Of a DNA stretch of 64,000 bases, positions 19,681-28,804 are shown piece after piece. Numbering within the stretch: the stretch's first letter is position 1; the number at the start of each line of letters is the position of its first letter. Origin of the DNA: Lentisphaera araneosa HTCC2155 (lineage in GTDB: Bacteria > Verrucomicrobiota > Lentisphaeria > Lentisphaerales > Lentisphaeraceae); the NCBI GenBank assembly GCA_945877655.1, contig CAMCSH010000001.1, positions 1,982 through 65,981 of the forward strand, written 5' to 3'. A program made the position numbers and the translations under genes. Below the pieces are notes generated by a model. It worked only from the letters and a program-made list of their open reading frames with translations. It had not been told where the DNA came from and made no database searches.

Positions 19681-20055
19681 ATGAGAGTTCTCTTAATCGA
19701 CGATTCCAGCACCATGCGGAAAATCCAGAAGAAATCCCTCATTGAGATCGGCATTGAGGATATCACCGAGGCGGAGAACGGCCGCATCGGACTGGAGAAG
19801 CTTCAAGCCGACGGCTACAAGTTCACTTTTGTCATGTGCGACATCAACATGCCGGAGATGAGCGGCATCGAGCTGCTCAAGGCAGTGCGCGCCGATCCCA
19901 ATTCAAACAAGATTCCGATCATCATGTGCACATCGGTGGCGGACAAGGAAGTGGTGCTCGACTGCATCAAATCCGGTGCCAACAACTACATCGTCAAACC
20001 CTTCTCCTCCGACGACCTGAAGAAGAAGGTCCAGGCGCTCGGCTTGATGACCTGA
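19681..20055 (+). CDS. cheY: Single-domain response regulator (CheY-like)
   Basis: MRVLLIDDSSTMRK...DINMPEMSGIELL...IIMCTS...YIVKPF carries the receiver-domain Asp pocket, Thr/Ser and Lys. Confidence 0.85.
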   Translation: MRVLLIDDSSTMRKIQKKSLIEIGIEDITEAENGRIGLEKLQADGYKFTFVMCDINMPEMSGIELLKAVRADPNSNKIPIIMCTSVADKEVVLDCIKSGANNYIVKPFSSDDLKKKVQALGLMT

Positions 20056-20209
20056 ATCTCCTCCGGACTTTCTCCACCGCCTGGGAGCCACAACTCCCGG
20101 GCTTGTCCATTTCCCCGCCGGAGAGGATCTTGCAGAGACTTTTTACGGCGGCACTTGCCCTTCCGCCTCCATCCGGCTAGATTGATGGGATCATACTAGG
20201 AGTCTTCTT

Positions 20210-20716
20210 ATGCAAAAGCTGACCATTTTCACTACCGGCGGAACCATCGACAAGGTGTATTTCGACAAGAACTCGGAATACGAGGTCGGCTCGCCCACCA
20301 TCGAGAAGCTCCTCGCCAAGTACAACGTCTATTTCCACTACGACATCCAGACTCTCTTCCACAAGGACTCTCTGGATCTCACTGACATCGACCGCGAAGA
20401 GATCATCCGCCGCGTCCGCGACTGCGCCGACAAGCGCTGCCTCGTCACTCATGGCACCGACACCATGGCGATCACCGCCCGGGCCTTGGCCAATGCCAAC
20501 ATCGAAGGCAAGGTCATCGTCCTCACCGGCGCCATCCTTCCCGCCTCGTTCAAAGAGACCGACGCCGAATTCAACATCGGCACCGCTTTTGGCGCTTTGT
20601 TCTCGGCCCAGCCCGGCGTCTACATCGCCATGAACGGCTTCATCTACCCTTGGGACAACGTCTACAAGGACCACCTCGCGCAGCAGTTCAAGGAGCTGCG
20701 ACCCGGTGGCCGCTGA
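20210..20716 (+). CDS. Short asparaginase-domain protein (N-terminal asparaginase domain only)
   Basis: Has the TGGTID nucleophile motif and HGTDTM, but is only 168 aa long. Confidence 0.65.
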   Translation: MQKLTIFTTGGTIDKVYFDKNSEYEVGSPTIEKLLAKYNVYFHYDIQTLFHKDSLDLTDIDREEIIRRVRDCADKRCLVTHGTDTMAITARALANANIEGKVIVLTGAILPASFKETDAEFNIGTAFGALFSAQPGVYIAMNGFIYPWDNVYKDHLAQQFKELRPGGR

Positions 20717-21521
20717 AGCTCAATCCGCCTCACCCGAGAACGGCGCGCCGCAAGACTGGTGCGCCGAACTTGTGACTGTGATGGCCCGCCTGCGTTCCCC
20801 CGGCGGCTGCGCCTGGGACCTCGAACAGACGCACAGCACCCTCAAGCAATATCTCGCCGAGGAATGCGCCGAAGTCTGTGACGCCATCGACCTCGCCGAT
20901 GATCCGAACCTGTGCGAAGAGCTCGGCGACGTCCTGATGAACGTCGTCTTCCACGCCCGCATCGCGGAGGAGCGCAAGAGCTTCAGCTTCCAGGACGTTG
21001 CCCGCTCGATCACCGAGAAGATGATCCGCCGCCACCCCCACGTCTTCGGCGATGCCGCCTGCCAAACGGCAGGCGACGTCGAGGTGCAGTGGGAAGTGAT
21101 CAAGGCGGCTGAGAAAGCCGACAAGGGCCCGAAATCAGTGCTCGACGGCGTCCCTTCGTCCCTCTCGGCCCTGCGCAAATCGCAAAAGCTCCAGCGCAAG
21201 GCGGCGAAAGTCGGCTTCGACTGGCCCGATGCGGCCGGCCCGATGGCCAAGATACACGAAGAGACCGCCGAGCTCGCCGAGGTTTTGAGCGACAAGGAAA
21301 AGGCCGCCGCCGAACTGGGCGATCTGCTCTTTTCCGTCGTCAACCTCGCCCGCAAGCTCGGCCTTGAAGCCGACGATTGCCTCGCCGCGGCGAACGCCAA
21401 ATTCGAGCGTCGCTTCCGCCATGTCGAAACGGCCGCCGCCGCCGCCGGGCAGGAGATGAAGGATCTCGACCTTGCCGCGATGGATCGCCATTGGGACGAG
21501 GCGAAGCGCCTCGGCCTGTGA
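20706..21521 (+). CDS. mazG: Nucleoside triphosphate pyrophosphohydrolase MazG
   Basis: MARLRSPGGCAWDLEQTH..EE..E..DAI and a second EE.AEL..E.GDLLF repeat. The start may be GTG 20706 or ATG 20781. Confidence 0.85.
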   Translation: MAAEAQSASPENGAPQDWCAELVTVMARLRSPGGCAWDLEQTHSTLKQYLAEECAEVCDAIDLADDPNLCEELGDVLMNVVFHARIAEERKSFSFQDVARSITEKMIRRHPHVFGDAACQTAGDVEVQWEVIKAAEKADKGPKSVLDGVPSSLSALRKSQKLQRKAAKVGFDWPDAAGPMAKIHEETAELAEVLSDKEKAAAELGDLLFSVVNLARKLGLEADDCLAAANAKFERRFRHVETAAAAAGQEMKDLDLAAMDRHWDEAKRLGL

Positions 21522-21606
21522 ACATCATCCGCTTTGAATTGCGTCCGGGGCCCTTGCTCCGGGCGTTTTTGCGCCTAGGGTTGGGCCTGTAATCCGGGGA
21601 TCCCAC

Positions 21607-22332
21607 ATGATTTTACGCCGCCTCGCCCTTTTGCTTCTCTGCATGATGACTGCGGCATCCTGCTCCAGCATCAGCGATCAGACCCAGGATGCCATCGGCA
21701 GTTTCCTGCCTTTCATCGGCCCGTCGAAGAGCCGGATCAGCGAGGGCCTGCGCGCCGGACTGGAGCTGGGCGCGGTGGAGGCGGTCGACCGCTTGTCGGC
21801 AGCGAGCAGCTTCTCGCTCGGCTCGGCCAATCGCATGCCGATTCCGGCGGAGCTGAAAATGCTGTCGGCGACGATGAAGCGCCTGAAGCGCGACACCGAG
21901 ATCAGCACCCTCGAAGACAAGCTCAACGACGCAGCCCGAGCTTCTTGTGCGGATGCGCTAGGCGTCTTCCGGGCTTCTATTGCGGAGCTGAATTTTGATC
22001 AGCCCAAGCAGGTTTTGCATGGTCAAGGTGGGGCCGCCACGGACGTGCTGCGGGGACGGGAGGCGGAGCTGGTTCTGGCCTTGCTGCCCCTGGTGCGCAG
22101 CCGGATGGAGGAAGTCGGAGCGGCTCGGGCGGGGGAGAATCTGATTCAGAGCTATCGCGCCATTCCCTTTGCCCGTCCGCTCAGCTGCGATTTCGACAAA
22201 ACCGTGGCGGAGACTTGTGTATCTCGCATTCTGACCGAGATCAGTGAATTCGAAGGGAAGTTGCGCAATCAGCCGGCTCGACGCAACAGCGAAGTGCTGC
22301 GCCAGGTCTTTGCCGAGCAGGATGATGAGTAA
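21607..22332 (+). CDS. Lipoprotein, DUF4197-like
   Basis: Lipobox LLLLCMMTAASCSS. The pattern ISEGLRAGLELGAVEAVDRL...MPIPAEL resembles DUF4197 as I remember it. Confidence 0.45.
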   Translation: MILRRLALLLLCMMTAASCSSISDQTQDAIGSFLPFIGPSKSRISEGLRAGLELGAVEAVDRLSAASSFSLGSANRMPIPAELKMLSATMKRLKRDTEISTLEDKLNDAARASCADALGVFRASIAELNFDQPKQVLHGQGGAATDVLRGREAELVLALLPLVRSRMEEVGAARAGENLIQSYRAIPFARPLSCDFDKTVAETCVSRILTEISEFEGKLRNQPARRNSEVLRQVFAEQDDE

Positions 22333-22338
22333 GCGCAA

Positions 22339-23397
22339 TCAGTCTTCTTCTTCGGTGCCCTCTCTGCGGGCGTAGAAGGGGTAACGGGCGGCGACTTCGG
22401 CGGAGGCGTCGGTCGGGATCAGGTGCCAGCGCTTGTAGAGCCAGATCCATTCTTCCGGATGCTGGCGGATGAAGGTCGACATGATGTCGGAGAAGTTTTG
22501 CGACAAGGTGCCGTCATCGGTAGCATTTTCGGGTGCCGGCAAGGGGATGTATTCGACCATGAAGCCCGCGGGAGTGCGGCGGATGGGGAAGAGGCCGATG
22601 TGGCAATTAAATCGGCGGGCGAAAGTGGCCGGGGTGCGCGACATGGTCGCCGGCAGGCCGAGGAAGTCGACGAAGAGGCCGCCTTGCTCGATCTTGGTAT
22701 TCTGGTCGACCAGCATGCCGATGCCGCCGCCGGCCTTGAGGGTTTTGAGAAAATCCCGGACGGCGCCCTTTTCATGGGTGATCTGGATGCCGGCGAAAGT
22801 TCGACCGGCGGTGACCAAGCGCTCGATGCCGGCGGCTTTGAAGCGCCGGGCAATCAGAGTGACGGGGGGCGGCAGGTAACGGCCAGCGATGATCGCCGCC
22901 ATCTCCCAGTTACCGCTATGCATGGTGAACAGCATGGAGGGGCGATTCGGGGCTTTCGAATTGATGAAACTCAGCATTTCCGGGGAGACGAAGAGGTGTC
23001 GGTCGAGGCGTTTCTGGTTGCAATGGAACCAAAGGAATTCGAGCACGGTGGTGGCAAGACTGGCGGTCGAGGCGAGGCCGATGCGGCGGTGCCAGTCCCG
23101 GTCCTTTTCCGGAAAGACCATCTGCAGATTGGCGAGGATGACGCGGCGGCAGGAGGGAGTCCAGAAAATGATTTGGCCGATGAAGCCGCCGAGTCGACGC
23201 ACCCAGCTCAGGGGCAGCGGCAGGATGCAGAAGCGGAGCAGGTGGATGCCGAAGCTGTGGAAGGGCTGCGTCAGGCGACGCCGGAGTCTTTTGAGTGTCA
23301 CAGGGAAGGTCTTCCAGGTTTTTTCAGTCTCGCACTCTAGTACGCCGAGCGAGAAACGCCCGCCCGAGCGAGGACGGCCGGAATAACTTGCCGACAA
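22339..23397 (-). CDS. Lipid A biosynthesis late acyltransferase family protein (LpxL/HtrB-like)
   Basis: Has the HSGNWE catalytic motif and a membrane-anchoring N-terminus; 352 aa. Confidence 0.7.
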   Translation of the reverse strand: MSASYSGRPRSGGRFSLGVLECETEKTWKTFPVTLKRLRRRLTQPFHSFGIHLLRFCILPLPLSWVRRLGGFIGQIIFWTPSCRRVILANLQMVFPEKDRDWHRRIGLASTASLATTVLEFLWFHCNQKRLDRHLFVSPEMLSFINSKAPNRPSMLFTMHSGNWEMAAIIAGRYLPPPVTLIARRFKAAGIERLVTAGRTFAGIQITHEKGAVRDFLKTLKAGGGIGMLVDQNTKIEQGGLFVDFLGLPATMSRTPATFARRFNCHIGLFPIRRTPAGFMVEYIPLPAPENATDDGTLSQNFSDIMSTFIRQHPEEWIWLYKRWHLIPTDASAEVAARYPFYARREGTEEED

Positions 23398-23495
23398 GGG
23401 CTTGACGGAAGGAGAAGCCGCGGCATTTTACGCGGCCCGCCTTGCCTCCGCAAGGCGGCAGTCATCCTTAATCAGAACGTAATCAAGGCATACAC

Positions 23496-23771
23496 ATGGC
23501 CCACACCAGCTCGGCGAAGCGCCACGTCCGTTCGGACGAAAAGCGCCGTGCCCGCAACCGCTCCAACAAGAGCGCCTGCGCCACCCAAGAGAAGAAATTC
23601 ATCAAGCTGATCGCCGACGGCAAGCTTGACGAAGCCAAAATCCAGCTCCAAGTCGTTTTCTCCCAGTTTGACAAGAATGCCAAGAAAGGCGTCTTCAAAA
23701 CTGAGAAAGCCGACCGCAAGAAATCGCGCCTCGCTCTGCAGCTCAACAAAGCTGCCGCTTCGAAAGCCTGA
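23496..23771 (+). CDS. rpsT: 30S ribosomal protein S20
   Basis: MAHTSSAKRHVRSDEKRRARNRSNKS...; 91 aa and basic. Confidence 0.9.
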   Translation: MAHTSSAKRHVRSDEKRRARNRSNKSACATQEKKFIKLIADGKLDEAKIQLQVVFSQFDKNAKKGVFKTEKADRKKSRLALQLNKAAASKA

Positions 23772-23865
23772 TTTCCGGATCTACACACCCCAACCCCCCG
23801 CTGCTTGCGCTCTTGAACGAGCGAATTAAAGCATCGAAAAAAAGCTAACCCCACAAGGCCCCACG

Positions 23866-24795
23866 ATGGGAATCACCATCCACGACCTGCTTGAAGCCGG
23901 CGTACACTTCGGTCACCAGACCCGCCGCTGGAACCCCAAGATGAAATCCTACATCTTCGGCAACCGCAACGGCATCCACATTTTCGACCTCGGCAAGACC
24001 ATGGTCGGCCTGAATAACGCCTGCAAATTCCTCTACGAGAAAGTCGCCAAAGGCGGCGATGTCCTCTGGGTCGGCACCAAGCGCCAGGCTCAAGAGCTCG
24101 TCAAAGACGCCGCCGAGCGCTCTGGCCAGCACGCCATCACTCAGCGCTGGATGGGCGGCACGCTCACCAACATTGAAACCATCCGCAAGAGCGTTGCCAA
24201 GCTCAGCAAATTCCGCAAATGGGAAGAAGACGGCACCCTCGCCGCGATGAAGAAGAAAGAAGCCGGCCGCATCCGTCGTGAAGCAGTCAAACTCGAATCT
24301 TCGATCTCCGGCATCATGGGCATGGGTCGCATCCCCTCCTGCATCGTCGTCATCGACACCGTCAAGGAACACCTCGCGATCAAGGAAGCCAACGCTCTCG
24401 GCATCCCGGTCATCGCCATCCTCGACACCAACTCCGACCCCGACCTGGTCCAATACGGCGTCCCCGGCAACGATGACGCTGTCCGTTCGCTCCAAGTTCT
24501 GATCGGCCAGCTGTCCGAAGCCTGCTACATGGGCAAGGGCATCTCCGATAAGCACAACGAAGAACGCAAAGCCACCCGCGCAAAAGACGACGGCGAGCGC
24601 AAAGCTCGCAGCGACAAGAGCGAGCAAGCTCCCCGTGGCGAACGCCGTGAACGCGCTCCCGCTGGCGACCGTGCTCCCCGCGCTCCCGCCGGTGACCGTG
24701 CTCCCCGCGCCCCCGCCGGTGACCGCGCTCCCCGCGCCCCCGCTGGTGACCGTGCTCCCCGCGCCGCCAAGACTGGCGAAGCCAAAGCCGAGTAA
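23866..24795 (+). CDS. rpsB: 30S ribosomal protein S2 with a repetitive C-terminal extension
   Basis: LLEAGVHFGHQTRRWNPKM... is the S2 core. The C-terminus carries four copies of APAGDRAPR, encoded by 27-bp DNA repeats (about 24655-24765). Confidence 0.9.
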   Translation: MGITIHDLLEAGVHFGHQTRRWNPKMKSYIFGNRNGIHIFDLGKTMVGLNNACKFLYEKVAKGGDVLWVGTKRQAQELVKDAAERSGQHAITQRWMGGTLTNIETIRKSVAKLSKFRKWEEDGTLAAMKKKEAGRIRREAVKLESSISGIMGMGRIPSCIVVIDTVKEHLAIKEANALGIPVIAILDTNSDPDLVQYGVPGNDDAVRSLQVLIGQLSEACYMGKGISDKHNEERKATRAKDDGERKARSDKSEQAPRGERRERAPAGDRAPRAPAGDRAPRAPAGDRAPRAPAGDRAPRAAKTGEAKAE

Positions 24796-24900
24796 TCCTC
24801 GGTCCACAGCCCGCTGATCCGCGCCACGAGGTGCTGCCCCGGCAGCACCTCGTTTTCAAGTGCAAAGCCCACTTCCCCAATCCCCTTCAGGAAAACCACC

Positions 24901-25701
24901 ATGTCCTACACCGTCACCTCCGCCGATATCGCCAAGCTCCGCGAAATGACCAACTGCGGCCTGCTCGACTGCAAAAAAGCCCTCACCGAAAAAGGCGGCA
25001 ACTTCGATGAAGCCGCCGACCACCTCCGCAAACAGGGTCTCGCCAAAGCCGCCAAAAAAGCCGACCGCGAAGCCAAAGAAGGCATGATCGCCCTCAGCTC
25101 CAACGGCAAGACCGGCAGCCTTATCCAGATCTCCTGCGAAACCGACTTCGTCGCCAATAACGATCGCTTCCAGGCCATCCTCAAGTCCTTCGCCGCCGAC
25201 GTCGCCGCCCTCGCCGCCAACGGCGATGTCACCGAGTCCTTCGGTGCCAGCAAGGCTGAAGAACTCATCCCGATGATCCACACCATCGGCGAAAACATGA
25301 AAGTCGTCGTCGCCGCCAAGTGGGAAGCCGGCGCCAATTGCTCCATCGGTTCCTATCTCCACGGCAACAGCAAAGTCGGCGTCCTGGTCGAAGTCGAAGG
25401 CGAAGTCGCCCCCGAGACCCTGAAAGCCCTCGGCATGCACATCGCCGCCTACAAGCCCAGCTACCTCTGCCCCGCCTGCATCCCCGAAGCCGACACCGCC
25501 CGTGAAAAGGAAGTCCAGGCCGAGAAGACCAAGGGCAAGCCCGAAGCCATGGTCGCCAAGATCCTCGAAGGCGCCCTCAACAAGTGGCACTCCGACGTCT
25601 GCCTGGTCAAGCAAGCTTGGATCCATGACGACAAGATCACCGTCGAGAAAGCCCTCGGCAAAGCCAAGATCACACGCTTCCTTCTCGCCAAGGTCGGTTG
25701 A
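24901..25701 (+). CDS. tsf: Elongation factor Ts
   Basis: ADIAKLREMTNCGLLDCKKALTEKGGNFDEAADHLRKQG is the UBA-like N-terminus of EF-Ts. Confidence 0.9.
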   Translation: MSYTVTSADIAKLREMTNCGLLDCKKALTEKGGNFDEAADHLRKQGLAKAAKKADREAKEGMIALSSNGKTGSLIQISCETDFVANNDRFQAILKSFAADVAALAANGDVTESFGASKAEELIPMIHTIGENMKVVVAAKWEAGANCSIGSYLHGNSKVGVLVEVEGEVAPETLKALGMHIAAYKPSYLCPACIPEADTAREKEVQAEKTKGKPEAMVAKILEGALNKWHSDVCLVKQAWIHDDKITVEKALGKAKITRFLLAKVG

Positions 25702-25710
25702 TTTCAGAAA

Positions 25711-25740
25711 CGCCCCCGGAACCGCAAGGATCCGGGGGCG
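25711..25740 (+). terminator. Hairpin after tsf (possible terminator or attenuator)
   Basis: cgcccccgga-(10 nt)-tccgggggcg forms a 10-bp perfect stem, but only a weak T tract (gattt) follows. Confidence 0.45.
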
Positions 25741-25755
25741 GATTTCAAAGTTCTA

Positions 25756-26582
<827 letters not shown>

Positions 26583-26603
26583 GTTCTCATCCAGGAGCTT
26601 CCC

Positions 26604-27503
26604 ATGCGTCTGTTCTGCCTCGCCGCCTCACTCTTCCTGAGCTCCTGCGCCGTGGTGCAGAACATTCCCGCCGTAGCCAACACCGTAGCCAACATCGTCA
26701 TTGACGACAGCCAGACCATGGCCAATCTCGAGTCGGCGATGGAGAAAATCGCCCCCGCCAGCTTCGTCGCACCCTCGATCCTGCTCGAACAAGCCCGCTC
26801 GCGCAAGGTCGCTGATCTGCCGCCTCCGGCCACCAGCGACCACCGCACGCCCCTGCCGATGGAGCAGGCCTACAGCGATCTCGTCGACGCCACCGTCGTC
26901 GTCTCCCGGGTCTATAAGTGTGATCACTGTCCGAAATGGCACAGCGCCCCGGCCTCCGGCATCGTCGTCGGTGCCGACGGCCTGATCGTCACCAACTTCC
27001 ATGTCGTCGAAGGCCGCAGCAGCGGCGGCAAATCGGAACAGCTCGTCGTTGCCTTCAGAGATGGCCGGGTCTTTCCGGTCCAGGAAGTCCTTGCTGCCGA
27101 CAAGGAGACGGACTGCGCCCTCCTGCGTATCGCCGCCACCGGGCTCAAGCCGGTGTCACTGTGCACACGCTCCCCCGCCGGCACCAAGGTCTTGGCGATC
27201 ACCCACCCGGCCATGCACTACTGGTGTCTCACCCAGGGCGTCGTGTCGCGGCATTTCCTCGAAGCGCCGCGTGGTCAGGATGGACGCCGGGTCGAACGCC
27301 TGGCCATCACCGCCGATTTCGCCAAAGGCTCCTCCGGCGGCCCGATCTACAACGACTGCGGCGAGCTCATCGGCATGGTCACCTACACCCAATCGATCTA
27401 CTACGACACCAGCAACGGCACCGAGACCAATTTCCAGATGACCTTCAAGGCCTGCGTCCCCAGTCAGTCGATCCTCGACCTCTTCCGCAAGCCGGCGAAC
27501 TGA
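26604..27503 (+). CDS. Trypsin-like serine protease lipoprotein
   Basis: Lipobox LFLSSCAV. Contains LIVTNFHVV (His), DCALLRI (Asp) and AKGSSGGPIY (Ser). Confidence 0.75.
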   Translation: MRLFCLAASLFLSSCAVVQNIPAVANTVANIVIDDSQTMANLESAMEKIAPASFVAPSILLEQARSRKVADLPPPATSDHRTPLPMEQAYSDLVDATVVVSRVYKCDHCPKWHSAPASGIVVGADGLIVTNFHVVEGRSSGGKSEQLVVAFRDGRVFPVQEVLAADKETDCALLRIAATGLKPVSLCTRSPAGTKVLAITHPAMHYWCLTQGVVSRHFLEAPRGQDGRRVERLAITADFAKGSSGGPIYNDCGELIGMVTYTQSIYYDTSNGTETNFQMTFKACVPSQSILDLFRKPAN

Positions 27504-27526
27504 AAAGCTCCCTCAGCTGCAGCGCG

Positions 27527-27551
27527 AAACTCCCGTGATCGGGAGTTTTTT
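27527..27551 (+). terminator. Intrinsic terminator after the protease gene
   Basis: aaactcccg-tgat-cgggagttt followed by a T-run. Confidence 0.75.
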
Positions 27552-27573
27552 GCTTTTTATCCGGAGCGGCCGC

Positions 27574-27600
27574 TAAATACCTGGCGGCTACCGCCGAAAG
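27574..27600 (+). promoter_or_regulatory. Candidate sigma28 (FliA) promoter for flagellin
   Basis: TAAA (27574-27577), a 15-nt spacer, then GCCGAAAG (27593-27600). The consensus is TAAA-N15-GCCGATAA. Confidence 0.55.
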
Positions 27601-27696
27601 CCCAAGGACAGCGGAACCGAGTAGGTTTCGCGGGATCCGCAAGGATTCCTGGTCGTCCGGTAGGTCCGGAGCCGGACGACTGAGCACATCCGGATT

Positions 27697-27714
27697 GCCG
27701 ACAAGGAGTTCGGC
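27697..27714 (+). promoter_or_regulatory. Hairpin presenting a GGA motif in the flagellin 5' leader (CsrA-type site candidate)
   Basis: gccga-CAAGGAGT-tcggc. A second GGA (acAGGGAtg, 27731-27738) overlaps the ribosome-binding region. Confidence 0.3.
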
Positions 27715-27735
27715 AGCAACCCAGAGCCTACAGGG

Positions 27736-28692
27736 ATGTACACCATGTCACTCGCAGTCAACAACAACCCAACCGCTTTCAGCGTTTGGTCCAACTTCGC
27801 TTCCAACAGCGTCAACATGAAACGCGCCATGGGCCACCTTTCGACCGGTGTCAAAACCGTTCAAGATGACCCGTCTGGCGTCGGCATCAGTGAACGCATG
27901 CGTTCACAATCCCGTAATGTCTCGATGGCTCGCGCCAACGTCGACAACGGCATGTCGATGCTGCAGACAGCGGACAGCTGGATGCAGAAAATGAACGATA
28001 TGCTCGGCCGGATGAGCGAGCTCACGATTGAGCACGGCGACGGCACCAAGTCGAACACCGACAAGTCCAACATTCAGACCGAATTCAAGCAGCTGCAGAA
28101 AGAGATGGTGCGTGTCACCTCTCACAATGATGCCGCCGCCAAATTCAACGGTCTCTACCTGTTCCGCGGCGGTAACGGCGTGTCGGACATCTCCAGCGGC
28201 GACGGCGATCCCTCGGGCAACGTCTCCTTGCAGCTCGGTCCCGATCAGAGCCAGAAAATCAATCTGGAACTGAAAGACTTGCAGGTTGACTCGACCGAGA
28301 ACATCGGTTCGGTTCACACCTACACCTACTCGACCGACAACGTCACCCTCACTGGCTCGACCCACTCGGCCGTGAGTTGGGGTTCGATCATCAACGACTC
28401 CAAGATGTCGGTCGGCTCGACCAACTCCATCGGCAAGCTGTCGAAAGCGATCGACTTCATCTCCAATGCTCGCGCTAACAACGGTGCCCAGCAAAACCGC
28501 CTGGAATACACCCGCAGCGCCCTCCTCTCCTACGAGGACAACATCCGAGCTTCCGAATCGAAGATCCGCGACGTCGACATGGCGGCCGAATCCACCATGT
28601 TCTCGAAGTACCAGATCCTCGGACAGGTCTCGAACGCCATGTTGGCTCAGGCCAACCAGTTGCCGCAGGCGGTCATGCAGCTCGTCGGCTGA
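27736..28692 (+). CDS. fliC: Flagellin
   Basis: The N-terminal domain DDPSGVGISERMRSQSRNVSMARANVDNGMSMLQTAD and the C-terminal NRLEYT...SKIRDVDMAAESTMFSKYQILGQVSNAMLAQANQLPQAVMQLV are canonical flagellin D0/D1. The alternative start ATG 27745 (MSLAVNNN) is possibly the true one. Confidence 0.9.
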   Translation: MYTMSLAVNNNPTAFSVWSNFASNSVNMKRAMGHLSTGVKTVQDDPSGVGISERMRSQSRNVSMARANVDNGMSMLQTADSWMQKMNDMLGRMSELTIEHGDGTKSNTDKSNIQTEFKQLQKEMVRVTSHNDAAAKFNGLYLFRGGNGVSDISSGDGDPSGNVSLQLGPDQSQKINLELKDLQVDSTENIGSVHTYTYSTDNVTLTGSTHSAVSWGSIINDSKMSVGSTNSIGKLSKAIDFISNARANNGAQQNRLEYTRSALLSYEDNIRASESKIRDVDMAAESTMFSKYQILGQVSNAMLAQANQLPQAVMQLVG

Positions 28693-28723
28693 TACCCTCA
28701 GCGATGAGTGAGTGACCGCTAGG

Positions 28724-28749
28724 GGCGGCTGGGAGCAATCCCGGCCGCC
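28724..28749 (+). terminator. GC hairpin after fliC (terminator or attenuator, no clear T-run)
   Basis: ggcggctggga-gcaa-tcccggccgcc pairs 10 of 11 positions. Confidence 0.4.
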
Positions 28750-28760
28750 ACTATTGCTTC

Positions 28761-28776
28761 TGGCATGACAGCTGCT
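28761..28776 (+). promoter_or_regulatory. Candidate sigma54 (-24/-12) promoter for fliD
   Basis: TGGCATGacagCTGCT versus the consensus TGGCACG-N4-TTGCW. The GG and GC spacing is correct. It ends 28 nt before the fliD ATG. Confidence 0.5.
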
Positions 28777-28804
28777 GTATATTGCGGCAAGGAATCCCCC
28801 CACC

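Noticed and set aside
23402-23430. TTGACG-N17-ATTTTA as an rpsT promoter.
   Set aside because: The putative -10 hexamer matches only one position of TATAAT, which is too weak to report.
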